Below, piece after piece: positions 1-13,549 of a DNA stretch of 64,000 nucleotides. The DNA comes from Octopus vulgaris (Eukaryota). The translations under genes and the position numbers were made by a program. Position 1 is the stretch's first letter, and every line of letters starts with the position of its first letter. The notes beneath the pieces were generated by a model. It made no database searches, was not told the DNA's origin, and saw nothing but the letters and a program-made list of their open reading frames with translations. The DNA lies in assembly GCA_951406725.2 (NCBI GenBank), contig OX597817.1, positions 119,040,001 to 119,104,000 of the forward strand, in the 5' to 3' direction.

Positions 1-106
1 TCTACATTCAGACGTGTGTGTGTGTGTGTGTTTGTTTGTTTGCGCAAACACCCTCAAACTGCTATCTAATGATAGATCATTTGATAAACTGAAGAGAGGG
101 GGACAG

Positions 107-172
<66 letters not shown>

Positions 173-655
173 GGAAGGAGAATGAGAATGAGAATACTAA
201 AAAAAAAGTCAGAACTGCGCGTACGCGTGTATATCTGACAAACAAACTGTCGAAATATGAGACTTATGTGTTTTGATTGGACATTAAAGACATTAATATT
301 AAAGAGATTTTATCTAAGTTTTACACTTAGCAATCGATTCATGACAAAAATTGTTGCTGTTGCTGTTTTGACGTAGGTCAGCAACTAACGGACCAAACTA
401 ATAAATGATCAAAGACATTCAAGCCATCAGCAACCACTTTCCTAGTTTTGCATTTTTTTCTCTTGGTTTTCGTGTTTTTTTTTGTTTTTTTTTGTATCCA
501 GGATGAATGTACTTTAAAATACATTATCCAGTATTCTTTTATTAAAGAGAAGGTTATCTATGGATTTATGAAAAACTTTTTCTAGTATTTCGGACGATTA
601 GAAAGAAGTACTGCTTATTGGCTTGAGACGAAAGTATTCTTCTGAGCCTATTCAG

Positions 656-880
656 TCCTTTCATTACTGTATTTATTTTGAGATCATCTGTGTTTCTTTC
701 AATTATTTTAAATACAACAAAGAATTTAGTAAAATAACTTAGTTATAACTAAGCTAATGTTAGGAACATACATTGCGACTAAGGTTTGGTGGTATATTTT
801 AATGCAAAACTTATGAAAACAAGACATTTGTACTACAGAGCCAGAACCGGTTTTGGCCGGGTTGAAAACGAAAGGGTTAA
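656..880. mobile_element. TTAA-type (piggyBac-like) MITE, degenerate; reverse-oriented relative at ~42923-43140
   Basis: Ends CGAAAGGG-TTAA at 870-880; left end CCTTTCATTAC; interior resembles the reverse complement of 42923-43140 (e.g. AGTAAAATAACTT vs AAGTTATTTTACT). Confidence 0.55.
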
Positions 881-1047
881 AAACGAGATCGGAGTCTTTG
901 AGTTTAACTACATTGCTCAAATTAAACCATAAAAAACATATTACTGAGTGCTATCCTCCTCCTCCTCTTTCTTCTTCTTCTTCTTCCAATAGAACCATCG
1001 TCAAAAGAAAATACAACTAAAAATCACCCGCTGAAAGCACAATGTAG

Positions 1048-1106
1048 TTATTCGTCCCACCAGAATTGATACGTAAGAGCCCTTATAACCCTCATATCAA
1101 ATTGAG
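1048..1106 (-). CDS. Possible terminal coding exon (phase 1), xQFDMRVIRALTYQFWWDE*
   Basis: Strong minus-strand acceptor ATTCATTTTCTTTTACAG at 1107-1124 followed by 18 open codons to TAA; no homology recognised. Confidence 0.15.
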
Positions 1107-2796
1107 CTGTAAAAGAAAATGAATGATACCTTCAATAATTTGGTCCAAGATATATTAATTGAGAATAAAAGTTAAACCCTTCATTAATAAATAGGCATCT
1201 GTAAATATGGAAGACAATAAATTGCACAGAATATCCAATCTTTCACCGCCTGTTCACCATATTTAGATGAAACCAGCACCTATTGGAAATGGCGTTAGTC
1301 ATGGTATTTGTAGAGAGGGGTAAGCATCACTATTAAAAAGAAATGACTATTGAATTGCAGAAAGCGCAAAACTGTATTGTAAGCAGTATAGTTGTGTGTG
1401 CGTGTGTATATGTGTGCGCGCAAGGTTGTGTATGTAAGTGTATGTGTGTGTGTGTGTAATCTCGGCAAAACTATAATCTTTTTACGCATACCTTATCATA
1501 GAGTGACTAGACTATCCACGGCAGACAATGAACTAAAACAATATAACAGGTTACCCTTATAGTCTCCCACAATTCCCTCTTGCCTCCAGTTTCCATTTCT
1601 CACCACCACCACCACCACCAACAACAACAACCACTGTGAGGCTGTTTCTATAAATCGTAACAGGCCCCGTGCGAGAAAAGATCCCTTACGTCTTGTTTCC
1701 TACCTTATCGTTGATCCCTGAAGTTCATCCGAAAGTTAATTTCTATTGCTTCAGCTTCGGCTATCTTCAAAGCTGTGAATGCTGTTGCGTAAGCAGCAGT
1801 CGAAGTTTTCATCTCTAGAGACCACTGTTGTTGTTACTGCTGTATATTAATCACTCCTGATTTTCCTTTAATAACACCCTTTGCCTGTCCAAAGCATTTT
1901 CATAAGATTCTCCTAAACATCCATTTTTTTCGTTTTTCATACGTTCGCGTATTATAAAGCTTTCCTTTCATAAGTCCCGAGTTAATTCTAATGGTTGAAA
2001 ATAATTGGGAACGTGTGTCACTTATATGATACATGGATACCAGAGAAATATATTTAGTGTGCCACTTGTAATAGACATTCAGGAAAAAGGTTAAGAGAAA
2101 AATATATTTTTCTTTCAAACCCAGTTCACAGACTCAGTAATAGCTTAACGCTTTACGCCATGACACTCGCTTTTACCACCTATTCTTTTGAATGTACTGA
2201 TCACATCAACATTAAGAACAATAACAAAATAGACAGATTTCAAGGAAGATTTAGACAGTAGCACAAACAGTAGAGTTTCAGATCTGTAGTATTTTAGTTT
2301 CATACATTTTACATGTTACTTTTCCCACATTTTCTTAAAGGAAGGAAGGAGTTGTAAGTGCTAACATCAAATAAGGTTTTGCACAAGCCGTAGCACGATA
2401 GGAACAGATAAGTGCAACACCAAATGCTTTGACAGTAATTAGTAGTAATTAGTTATGATTATTAATAGGAGACAGCATATCTTTAAAAAGTTCGCTTCGC
2501 AATCACGTTTCCGAGTTTAAATTCACCGCATATGATCATGAGCAACTATCATTTACAATAGCGTTGGGTCGAGCCAAGCTTTGTGAATGAAACTGGGTGA
2601 TCGTAAATTGTGTGGAAGACCGTCAAATGGACTGTAGACGTTATGTCCTGTTGTTTTGATACACTTGAGGATTACTTCAAACATACGTGGAATATTCAGA
2701 CAAACTTAATTCAACCAGCAGCTAGTTTGGTTGATCGAACAACTGAAACCAGATCGTCGACACCGACGGAAATACATTTTATATTCTTGACGTACT

Positions 2797-3214
2797 TTTA
2801 TCTTTAACTTGCTTTAGTCATTAGACTGCGGCCATGTAGGGCACCACCTTGAAGAATTTTAGTCGAATGAATCCTCCCTAGGACGTATTTTCCGAAGCCT
2901 GGTACTTACTCTATCGGTCTCGTTTGCCGAACCGTTAAATTAAGGGACGTGAATACACCAACATCGGTTGTAAACGATGGTGGTGGTGGTGGTGGTGGTG
3001 GTAGGGGGGGACAAGCACACACGCACACACACACGCATGCATACGCACACAAACACAAGATTCTTTCAGTTTCCGTCTTTCAAATTCACTCACAAGGCTT
3101 TGGTCGGTGGTAGAAGACACTTCCCAAAAGTACCACGCAGTGGGACTGAACCCGAAACCATGTGGTTAGGAAGCAAGCTTCTTACTACCTTACCACACAG
3201 CCACGCCTGCGCCT
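2797..3214 (-). mobile_element. tRNA-derived SINE, family A, near full length
   Basis: Minus-strand head AGGCGCAGGCGTGGCTGTGTGG (A-box-like) and GGTTCAGTCCC (B-box-like); many homologous copies in the window. Confidence 0.85.
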
Positions 3215-4084
3215 GTTGTCGATAAAATAATTTGAATCAAGATACTGTCGGTGGAGACGATTATATATTCTTAATCAAACAAGGAGTGATTTTAAATTAG
3301 AACTCAGTATGTAATCTGATGATTCAGTTACATCTTTTCGTGTGACTTTACGTTCAAGATTTTAATCAAGTTCAGTTCTGCCTTTTCCACCGTTCTGTGA
3401 TCAATAGAACGGAATAGGCACCAATCAAGAAGAGATTCATCTAACTGCCTTCCAACTGACTATACTTCTCCTACAAATAATTTGCGGGTTTGTTGCAAAT
3501 GTTTAGAAATCAATTTAATAGGCGATTACATCGTAATACCAACTTTAGAAATAGCTTTACGAAGATGGCATAGATGACTTAAAGCTGTCCAGTTAGATAG
3601 CAAATTGTTCTGCATTTCATTGACCAACAATACTTAGCAGTAGTAAAAGCGAAGCAGCTTTTTAAAATGCTGCAACTGAAGATGTAACAATCAAACAACC
3701 GGATAGGTTTGTTGTATGACGAAGGCAAAATTACGCACTGTTGAATACGTTTGAATATGATTTCATTTTCAAGCGTATTCTGATTGCAGCCGAAAAGCTT
3801 CGATAGAAACCTAATCGTAGTTGGCCATCTTCATCGTCATCATTATCTAAGTGACTGTCTTACTCGGGTATAAATTCGTTCTGTCTACACGTCCCTCTTG
3901 ACATATATTATGCATGATAGTAGGTGTGTGTGTTGTATATATTTAGAGAGGCCGGCGTACAGATAGACAGACAGACAGTTAGACGGACAGATCGATAGAT
4001 AGCGTACATTTGTCTGGTTAAATGATTAAAGGCGGTTGTGTTACCAATAACAAACTACAAAACGGGATAAATGATCGTGTATAC

Positions 4085-4119
<35 letters not shown>

Positions 4120-4325
4120 GTGTGAAAACTAGACAGACTGTTAAACGTATACTTGCTCAATAGAAATTAATGACAACGAATGCCAGATTAAAGTGTGGAA
4201 GCATAAATATGAATGTGCATGTAGCCACGCATTGCTTTTACCATGATAAATATTGAAAATTCAACACACATGCATGAACACACGCACGCGCGTTTCTCAA
4301 GCATAAACGTGTGTGTGTGAAAAGA

Positions 4326-4371
<46 letters not shown>

Positions 4372-4959
4372 CCAATGTGTATTTTCTCTTAAACTAGTTT
4401 GTCTAACTCTACTTCATATATTAAAAATTACTTTAGATAATACGATTTAACTCGGTCATCACATGCTACTGCCATCCCGAGAGATCTCCAAAAGGAAAAA
4501 AAAATCGCTTCACAATGAATAGAAGCATTCAATGTATTAAGATTAGTCTGAGCATGTTTGGGAGTTGCGTAAGCTCGTCAGAGAACAAAATATCAATTCT
4601 TAATGTTTATATATTGTCGTCGTTGGTGATGATGATGACGGTTTCTCTAAAAACTTTTGTGAGTGTATGTCTGTGTGTGTGTATGTTTAGAAGAGGATGG
4701 AGAGAGGGTGATTAGAAGTACTGTTTAAGTATCAAACTTGTAGTCAATATGTAGTGGGTGGTCGTATATACTGCAAGCGTTGAGACTCTAATGACCAGAA
4801 ATGTATTCCTAATGAAATGTACTTTTAATCAGCTTGCTGCAAATAATGTGGTCTGAGGTTTCGTATTTGTATTGTCCTTGAGCCAAACATAGAAATCATC
4901 ATCATCATCATCACCACCGTCATCGTCGTCTTTATTATCTTCACCATCATTATTATCGA

Positions 4960-5180
4960 TGGCTTGGCAGAATCGTTACAGCACCGGAAAAAATGCTCTG
5001 CAGTATTTGTTCTGGGTCTTAACGCTTCTGAACTCTAATCCCGCTGAGGGTGACTTTGCCCTTTATTCCTCTGGGGTCGATGTACTAAAATTCCAGTTTG
5101 GAACTTGATAAGATCGATATAAATTGACTGTTCGTCTCGCCCTAAATTTCAGGCAGTTTGCTTATCATGTCAGACAATTT
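4960..5180 (+). mobile_element. tRNA-derived SINE, family B, degenerate
   Basis: TGGCAGAATCGTTA...GACTTTGCCCTTTATTCCTCTGGGGTCGAT matches 18481-18710. Confidence 0.7.
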
Positions 5181-5258
5181 TTATTGTAATCATTAATTTT
5201 CCCCTTATAACAAATCTTTAGAACCAGTGTGGCACAGATGTCTTTGTTTTCACTTATT

Positions 5259-5297
<39 letters not shown>

Positions 5298-5324
5298 TAT
5301 ATATTTATGTATAAACATAACGTG

Positions 5325-5593
5325 TGTTCCAGCTGATTTGATCAAGCGAACAGCCTGCTCATGAAATTAACGCGCAAGTGGCTGAGCGCTAAACAGATAC
5401 GCATACCCTTAACATAGTTCTCAGGGGGATACAGCGTGGCACAGAATACATGGATGGCCTTTGAGTTACATGTACAATTCGTTTATACAAGTTAAGTAGA
5501 CCGGTGCAACGTGAATTAAAGTGCCTTACTCAAAGACACAACACGCCGCCGAGAATCGAACTCACGATCGGGAGCCAGAAACCCTAACCACTA
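5325..5593 (-). mobile_element. tRNA-derived SINE, family D
   Basis: Reverse complement of the 17520-17650 core (GAAATTAACGCGCAAGTGGCTGAGC...ACCCTTAAC). Confidence 0.75.
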
Positions 5594-5701
5594 TGTGTGT
5601 ATGTGTGTGTTTATATATACAGAAAGAGAGAGAGAAAGAGAGAAAGAGAGAGAGAGAGAGAAAGAGAGAAAGAGAGAGAGAGAGAAAGAGAGAGAGAGAA
5701 T

Positions 5702-5733
<32 letters not shown>

Positions 5734-6027
5734 AATTCCTTAATGTCATATATATTGTAAAGAGGAACATAATAATAGTTGCTCTTAGATTCAAATTGAA
5801 TATAAACTTTTACTGAATTTATGAAAATAGTTGAATATTCGAGTGTGAGAAATGACAAATGTTTTCGGCTTCTTAGCGAAAACTGAAGAATTAGATTTTG
5901 CAATATCCCACCACTTTCTATAACTAGCTAGCTGTATTGTCTTGCTGGTGGAGATATATTGATTATGATGCTTAATTACATAGTTCCTTTGGTTTGGTCT
6001 GCGTCTGGACGACGTCAGCTTGTCTAT

Positions 6028-6063
<36 letters not shown>

Positions 6064-6637
6064 AATAAGAGAGATGAGACAGACGAGTTGGAAGTTGAGA
6101 GGGTTGATTTTTGACAAACGCTCTTAGGTCTCGTGGAAACAGAAATAACGTATTTCCAGAAATTCGATACGTGAGTGGATATGATTGGCCATTGATAGTG
6201 GAGTCTAGAGAAAGAATGTCTGTCTTGCTCTTGACAACATGCAGAATCGTCAAAGTTGCATTAAAACGGTTGGTATGAAAGGGGAATTGATTAAGAAGAT
6301 AATCTGATCTTTCACACTTGATTAAAACTTCCTGCTATATCCAAATAGCATGCAAGCCTGCCAACCATTGCCTTCGGTCAAATGTTAGGATTCACTTACG
6401 TGCGAACAGCTTTTCGTTTGTTTGACTCAAAGGAAATTTGCACTTTGAATTTGATGGCGGAATTTTCTGAATAAAAGCAGGAAGCTTCATTTGTCCAATT
6501 GTTATGCGAACTGTAAAGAAACTAATGAAAAACGCGCAGCTGCAGAATAAACTCAGTAAAACCAGTGGTTGTTTCATCTTCGTTCTCAAGTCGTCTTGTT
6601 TGATATTTACTCAAGTCGTGTCTCCACATACACAAAC

Positions 6638-6680
<43 letters not shown>

Positions 6681-6689
6681 TGAGAGAGA

Positions 6690-6739
<50 letters not shown>

Positions 6740-7392
6740 TGGAGAGATGGAGAGAGTGCGTGTTTGTGTTGATATTTTCTATTCATTTATCATTCTATTT
6801 CGAGAACAGAAAGTGACCTACGATCTTTACCAAGATTCTGTTCTGAACTTTATTTTTCTCTAACAAGTAATTTCCTCTTTGTGGTATATGTGAGACAGAT
6901 TTATAATTTAATTCATATCTATTTACGTACTTACTTGTTTGTTTAAAGTTTGAAACTCAGAAGACAATAATTAGGTTTTTTGACAGAAACAACGTTCACT
7001 AACTAAATCGTCAGAAGCTGTAACTTACTTATTCAAGTTCACACATCAGTAACACATACACACACACATATCTACATACGTCTATATATATATATACACA
7101 CATTTACATACATATATATAATATATATATACATTTACATACATATATATATATACATATATATATACACACACACACACATATATATATATAGACACAC
7201 ACATACATGCACACCATACATATGTATATATGTAGGGAATATACATCGTAGTTTTGATTCTCGTTCTTGTATGTGCACTTAATAACTTATCGATTGGCAG
7301 ACATCAGCATGCATCAGCAAGTTATTTATTTGCTGAATTCTATAGACAAGGACAACCATTCTTGCTTAGATTCATATATCCAGCAGTAGCTC

Positions 7393-7433
7393 TGACTGAA
7401 GAGACACATGCAGATCGAAACACCGGTGTCTCA
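7393..7433 (+). ncRNA. Type I hammerhead ribozyme motif, intact core
   Basis: tga-CTGAAGA(7396-7402)-ga cacatgcaga tc-GAAA(7417-7420)-caccggtg-TC-tca. Palindromic stem III ACACCGGTGT, GUC cleavage triplet, 3-bp stem I, short stem II. Confidence 0.7.
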
Positions 7434-8719
7434 AAATAAGCCCAAATTAGTGAATCTTATGAGTTGTCAACCCAGATACGCTGAAAGGGGAAGATGTTCT
7501 TTGAAGACAAAATACAACGTAGATGTATGTTTTTATAAGCATAAAAGTGACAGCGAACATTACCTGAATAAAAGGCTTACAACAGATGTTGAGTCTAAAA
7601 TTTTTAATAAGTTTATTGATAGTGACATCGAAATTTCGATGTTTGACAAGATCGATGATCGGCGAAATTCAAAAGTCACTCACAATAAATTTGTGTGTTG
7701 TAGCAGCGAAGAGAAAAATCGACAAGAAAGCTGTAAAAGTGGTACATTTGAAGTTTTTTTTAGCACTATATGTTCTGCACTATGTTTCACACACATCTTC
7801 TAATCATTCTTGTTGTCAGTAACTACAGTGAACCAGTGATTAACTTATATCTAACATCACTATTTTTTACTATATGCGACATGACATAAATAAATTTCTA
7901 CCCTATGACACAAATAAATTTCAACCCGACCATACTCATAGTTATAAATTACTGTTATTTTCATATGTATATAGGAAAATATAAGAATATTGAGATGATA
8001 GATAATCGGCAAACGTATATAGTTTTATAAATCAACAATTATCGTTTACTTTATCATCACTAAAAGCAGCTGCCCCCGTATTATGTAAATTTGTGATAGC
8101 TATAAAATATGCTTTATAAGTTCAGTGTCTCCTCCATAACCACTCATGATGTATAACAGTTATAGGAAAAAATACCAAATGATTGAAAAAGCTGTTGATC
8201 AATAGTTTGCTTGGCCAAAACTCACTTGGGATTAAACAACAAACACCAAAAAATACTCAATTCAGGGTGAGTGCTTTCTATTTTTTCATTTCTTAACTAA
8301 GTATCAAATTTTGGATTTTTGAAGCGAGAATGCTCAAAAATTGCAAATATTTGTTTTAACTATGCACAATGTCTATGTCTGTGGAGTAAGTAAGTGTACA
8401 TTCAATATGTGATCAATTATTATATAAAAAATTCTAAAGTCGACTTCCATGTGATCTGAACTCAGAACACAGATTATATATAATGACCGAGATACGGTAG
8501 ATAATCTATCTAACGCTAACATTTAAGTAAGTGAACTAAATCAACCATCTTCAAGCAATGACAACATTAAAACTTTTTACAAAACATAGGAAATATTTTT
8601 AAAATGGTTGACAATGAACATTTTGTCAAATAGAAAATAACATGAACCCACATGCAACATGTCAATTTTGTTCAGTTTTAATTTACTTTTTAAGTAACTT
8701 AAAGAAACTCGATAGAGAA

Positions 8720-8782
<63 letters not shown>

Positions 8783-8855
8783 TTCCCCTCTTTCTCTTAT
8801 TTTCTTTCTTTTTCCAATTTAGTAATATCTATGTGTATGTATGCACGTATGCATG

Positions 8856-8890
<35 letters not shown>

Positions 8891-8944
8891 ATGTATGCAT
8901 GTATATGTGTGTATATACATATATGGATGTGTGTGTGAGAGAGA

Positions 8945-8990
<46 letters not shown>

Positions 8991-9609
8991 CATTGCATTC
9001 TTCTCTTCATGCCATTTTATGTTATGGCAGTTAATACTAAAAAAGCGGAAAAACAAAAACGAAACTAAGCGGTACCTTATCATTACAGAGTAAATACACT
9101 GCCAATTCACCCTAAAGTTACTAGATTCTAATAATGTGTTTTTCATGTTTTATCAATAATGGCAATATTCTGTTTGTACTTTGTTTTATTTGTTCATTTG
9201 CTTGTTGGCTGGTTGGTTGGTCGGTCGGTTTATTGAGATTTATTAAGATTGAAGAGCTAGAGGAACTTTTTCTCTAAATAAAAGGTTTTATCTGTATTTA
9301 TTTTTCTATTTTCTTCCTTAAATTATTGACTCAAGACTTACAAAAGTACAAAAAAGGGTTGCATTAACTACTGAGCAGAGTAAACACGTACTTAGAGTAT
9401 AACCTCAATGCCACCAATGGTTTTACAACGAGGCATATGGTGCCACTAAACCAGTGCCCTACAATGCATTAAATGGTGTAAAAGAAACTTGCATTTTTGT
9501 TTGTTTGTTGATGCCCCTATCTTCAAGTAAATAATTTGCCGTTCATTTTATATTGCCATTCAATGTTAATTTTATTCAAATTAACATTGAATGACAATAA
9601 AAAGTGAAT

Positions 9610-9870
9610 GGCACCAACTGTATGGTTCTGCCTAGAGAAATGGCTCAGGAGCAAAATGAATTATCTGGCATTCAATATATATGTTATTAATACTTTGCCA
9701 GTCGATGGAAAGGCCAAGCGAGAACTATTGTTGGGCTCTAGAAGTCCCTCCATACGTTTTCACTTCAAAAACCGCTTACAGATGTTTTAGCAGAATAGAA
9801 GCATCAACACTACCAGTCACGGACGGTCTTGTAAATGGCATGGGTATAGGATCCTTCAGCAAAGCTAAGC
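9610..9870 (+). mobile_element. Possible highly decayed hAT-like transposase fragment
   Basis: Frameshifted translation W..SKMNYLAFNIYVI...KRELLLG...VTDG..N loosely resembles the hAT catalytic region (DxW...Y.....H.I...LL...VTD...N). Confidence 0.3.
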
Positions 9871-9901
9871 TATAAAAAGCTGCAGCCACACTCTTCCTAA
9901 C

Positions 9902-10280
9902 TCTTTTACTTGTTTCAATCATTGAACAGTGGCCATGCTAGAGCATTATACCCTAGTAAGATTAGTTGAACAAATCCACCCTACGACTAGTTGGCTTTAA
10001 ATCAGGTACTTATTCTATCGGTCACTTTTGCCGAATCGTTAAGTTAAGGAACCGTCAGCGGTTGTCAAGCGTGAGTAGATAGTAACAAGTCCAACCACTA
10101 CACACACTTATATATATATGCATACATACGACGGGCCTCTACATTGTTTCCGTCTACCAAATTCACTCACAAGCCTGGGAGTTTTAGTAGAAGATATTTG
10201 ACCAAGGTGCTGCGAAGTAGAGCTGAACATGAACCACATAATTGCAAACCGAAATTCTTAACCACACAGCTATGCCTGCA
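9902..10280 (-). mobile_element. SINE family A copy
   Basis: GGTACTTATTCTATCGGT...TTTCCGTCTACCAAATTCACTCACAAG...ACCACACAGC shared with 2797-3214. Confidence 0.8.
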
Positions 10281-10304
10281 TAAGAAAAGACAAAATGATT
10301 TTTT

Positions 10305-10636
10305 TCCTGCCTTTAGCCCTCCAACGCGGAGTATAGGTCACTTATAGTTGAATTCCATGTCGCATAATTTTTCGCTTCTGTACTAATACTCTGCCATGAA
10401 TGTCCCTCTTTCTCTAGTTCCCTTTGTGTTAATCTACGCCACGAGTTCTTAGGCCTACCTCTCTTTCTATATCCATCTGGTTTCCACTGTAAAGCACTTT
10501 TCGCTACATTTGGTGTTTCTTTTCTAATTATGGTACCAATCCACTTCCACTTTTTCTTAAATATTTGCTCCCTAATAGATACTTGATATGTTCTTTGCTA
10601 TAGCTCCATATTGCTTATGTGTTCGGGCCATCTAAT
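10305..10636 (-). mobile_element. RTE-clade LINE 3' fragment
   Basis: Minus translation IRWPEHISNMEL*QRT...KKKWKWIGTIIRK...ALQWKPDGYRKRGRPKNSWRR, typical RTE C-terminus; homologous to 27188-27475. Confidence 0.85.
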
Positions 10637-11249
10637 TGAAATAGAAAAAAAAAACCATAAAAAAACGATGATATCAAGGATAAGACACTTGATTATAGAG
10701 CTGCTTGGTCAGATGAGACATAGACCTAAACAACAATAGACCTTCACCAACAGCAGATTTGAACTCACGCTGCATGTGCATGTAGTCCATTACCTTATTC
10801 ATTCAGCCATCTCACATCCACTCGAAGTTGTTGTCATGCTTCAAAGACAAAGTGGCTTTCTCATAAGCTTCACTTTTCACTGAAAGGCTATTATTTCACA
10901 TTATTTACGCTATCAATACCTTTGAGGAAAGGCACGAATGTCACAACATTACATTTCTTTTGCCCATTAACGATACGGCGGAACCAGTGGGCTTTGTGAT
11001 TTGTCAAAATAGGACGAATGTTTCATCTGACTCTCATCCTCTGAAACTCACCACCACTAACAACAACAACAGCAATAACAACATCTTTCTTATCTAGTTT
11101 ACAGTTGTTTTAGTTTGTTTTTAAGGCTATTTTTCTCTAACGATTTGCATTAGTTATTCTTTCGCTTCAAATGAAACCGTGAAAGCAAAATCATAAAACG
11201 AGAGGAAGAGAGAGAAAGAGATAGAGACGAATAAGGGAAATATGTGGAT

Positions 11250-11302
11250 TATAAAAATAAATAAATAAATAAATAAACAAATAATAATAATAATAATAAA
11301 CA

Positions 11303-11336
<34 letters not shown>

Positions 11337-11531
11337 GTAATAATAATAATAATAAACAAATAATAATAATGATAATAATAATGGTAATAATAATGGTAAT
11401 AATAATAATAATAAACAAATAATAATAATGATAATAATAATGGTAATAATAATAATAATAAACAAATAATAATAATAATAATAATGGTAATAATAATGGT
11501 AATAATAATAATGATGATAATAATAATAATA

Positions 11532-11601
<70 letters not shown>

Positions 11602-11622
11602 TGATGAGGATGAGGATGATAG
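11250..11622. repeat. Compound (AAT)n/(GAT)n microsatellite
   Basis: Direct reading; source of spurious poly-I/Y/H/L ORFs. Confidence 0.95.
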
Positions 11623-12640
11623 TAATGGCAGAGGGGAAAGAGAGTGACAGAGTAAAAGAGAGACGAATATAACAAGATTGATATAAATGAAGACATTTGA
11701 CACTTCTCGTGTCCCTTCTTACCCTCCAACTTGTCCCCTTAGCCACTTAAAAGGATTTAATTACCGCTAGCATGACGTTATCTCAGCGAGATTTTCTACG
11801 ACCATAAATTAAGAAAATTGATTGATATTATTTAGCATTGCTCAGATAGCTTTGAGATTGTCTCCTTAAATTTGAAAATGACTCAATTAATTGATGCTAA
11901 TGTTGTTGTTGTTGTTGTTGTTATCCTTCTGATTGCTTCGTTTTTTTTTTGAAAAGCGAAGGGTTATTCTTCCGTGTATTCTGGAAGTCATGAAAACCTG
12001 CCCTGCAAACGACGATTATGGTGATGATTGGTAAGGGCGACGATGATGATGATGGTGGTGGTGGCAATGATGATGGTTCGTTTAAATTGCCACAAAAGGA
12101 ACTAACAGAGGAACACTGCAGTACAATATTATACAATACAAACAGTGGAACATACAAACAAAATGTCTTTACTAATTCTACCACCCCGCAGTGAAGTACG
12201 GTTTACACGCACACAAACACGCCTTGAAATAACCCTCCAGTCCCTCTTATTCTGTTAGTCTCACACACACACAATGATAAAAGCCTACTCAGGGAAACAG
12301 GAGCATTGTCGAATAGCAAATACTCAGTACGCGATAAGTGTAGAGTAAAAGGTTCTTTCCTTCTTTGTATTTTTTGACATTTACTCGTTGATCATACAAT
12401 TTCATTGATGTTCTTCAGCGTGTGTGTGCTTAGGCGTATGTGTGCACGCGTATGTGCGCGTGCGTGTATATCTACACTCACCCATCACCATCGCTTGACA
12501 ACCGAAAGCGACCGATCGAATAAGTACTTGGGTTAAAAATAAGACGGTGACCTAGCATGGCCACAACCCAAGATTGAAACAAGTAAAACATAAAACAAAA
12601 AAAGTTTTATCGTAGATCTCATATTGTTGTAAAATACTCT

Positions 12641-12693
<53 letters not shown>

Positions 12694-12696
12694 ATG

Positions 12697-12736
<40 letters not shown>

Positions 12737-12762
12737 TAAGTTAAATGTTATGGCAGGTCATA

Positions 12763-12823
12763 GAGTGACCATTGATTTTTGCATCTATAAAGCGTTTAGC
12801 AGTATAGGCGACTCGTCAGGATC
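12763..12823 (-). ncRNA. Type I hammerhead motif, degenerate (G12>A, stem I disrupted)
   Basis: Minus strand: CTGACGA-gtcgcctata...tatagatgc-AAAA-atcaatggTC-actc. Confidence 0.5.
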
Positions 12824-12904
12824 AAATGACCGAGAGCGCATAACCTCTCCACAACTAGAGGAAGAAATACGTCATGGTCGGTTAGTTTTGTAAGCAAAAC
12901 ATTT

Positions 12905-12964
12905 GAGTCTCACGAGTCGCCTAAACTGCTAAGCGTTTTATAGGTGCGAAACCAATGGTCACTC
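12905..12964 (+). ncRNA. Type I hammerhead motif, one core mutation (G5>C)
   Basis: gagt-CTCACGA-gtcgccta...taggtgc-GAAA-ccaatgg-TC-actc; stems I, II and III all pair. Confidence 0.65.
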
Positions 12965-13057
12965 TATGACCGGCCATAACATTTAACTTCCTTAAAAATA
13001 TATATTAGTACTCTAATGCTTTAGAGAGTGCTTGTTTTTCGGATACATAAACTACTG

Positions 13058-13101
<44 letters not shown>

Positions 13102-13170
13102 ACCTTGTCAGCCTTATACAGAACACCATAGGAAGCATCGACACACACACACACACACACTCTCTCTCTG

Positions 13171-13203
<33 letters not shown>

Positions 13204-13209
<6 letters not shown>

Positions 13210-13443
13210 TGCGCCTCGACTCCTTGCCTCTGCAGCGAGTTCAGCACTGCGTTGGTTTCGGTGCTATCGAAGGCCTTCTCATAGTCTACAAACGCAACGC
13301 AAAGAGGCAGCTTGTACTCATTCGCTCGCTCAAGCAGTTGTGTTAGAGTAAATATATGGTCCATCGTGCTGTAGTTCTTCCGAAAGCCAGCTTGCTCCCT
13401 CGGTTGTTGTTCGTCAAGATGACGTGATAACCTGTTCAGAATT
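13204..13443 (-). mobile_element. RTE-clade reverse transcriptase internal fragment, open frame
   Basis: Minus translation LNRLSRHLDEQQPREQAGFRKNYSTMDHIFTLTQLLERANEYKLPLCVAFVDYEKAFDSTETNAVLNSLQRQGV carries the QAGFR, DHIF and FVDYEKAFD motifs. Confidence 0.92.
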
Positions 13444-13460
13444 ATCTATCTATCTATCTA

Positions 13461-13520
<60 letters not shown>

Positions 13521-13549
13521 TATATATATATATAATTCAGTAAATAATC

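Larger units (their letters stand above)
12738..12989. mobile_element. Fold-back element (~90-bp arms) in (TA)n, one HHR motif per arm; probable PLE terminal repeat
   Basis: 12738-12828 is the imperfect reverse complement of 12900-12989. Confidence 0.75.

Noticed and set aside
7408-7803. 131-aa ORF
   Set aside because: No recognisable motif; its start overlaps the HHR-bearing insert.
11154-11746. Poly-His/Tyr/Ile/Leu ORFs
   Set aside because: Trinucleotide microsatellite open in several frames.
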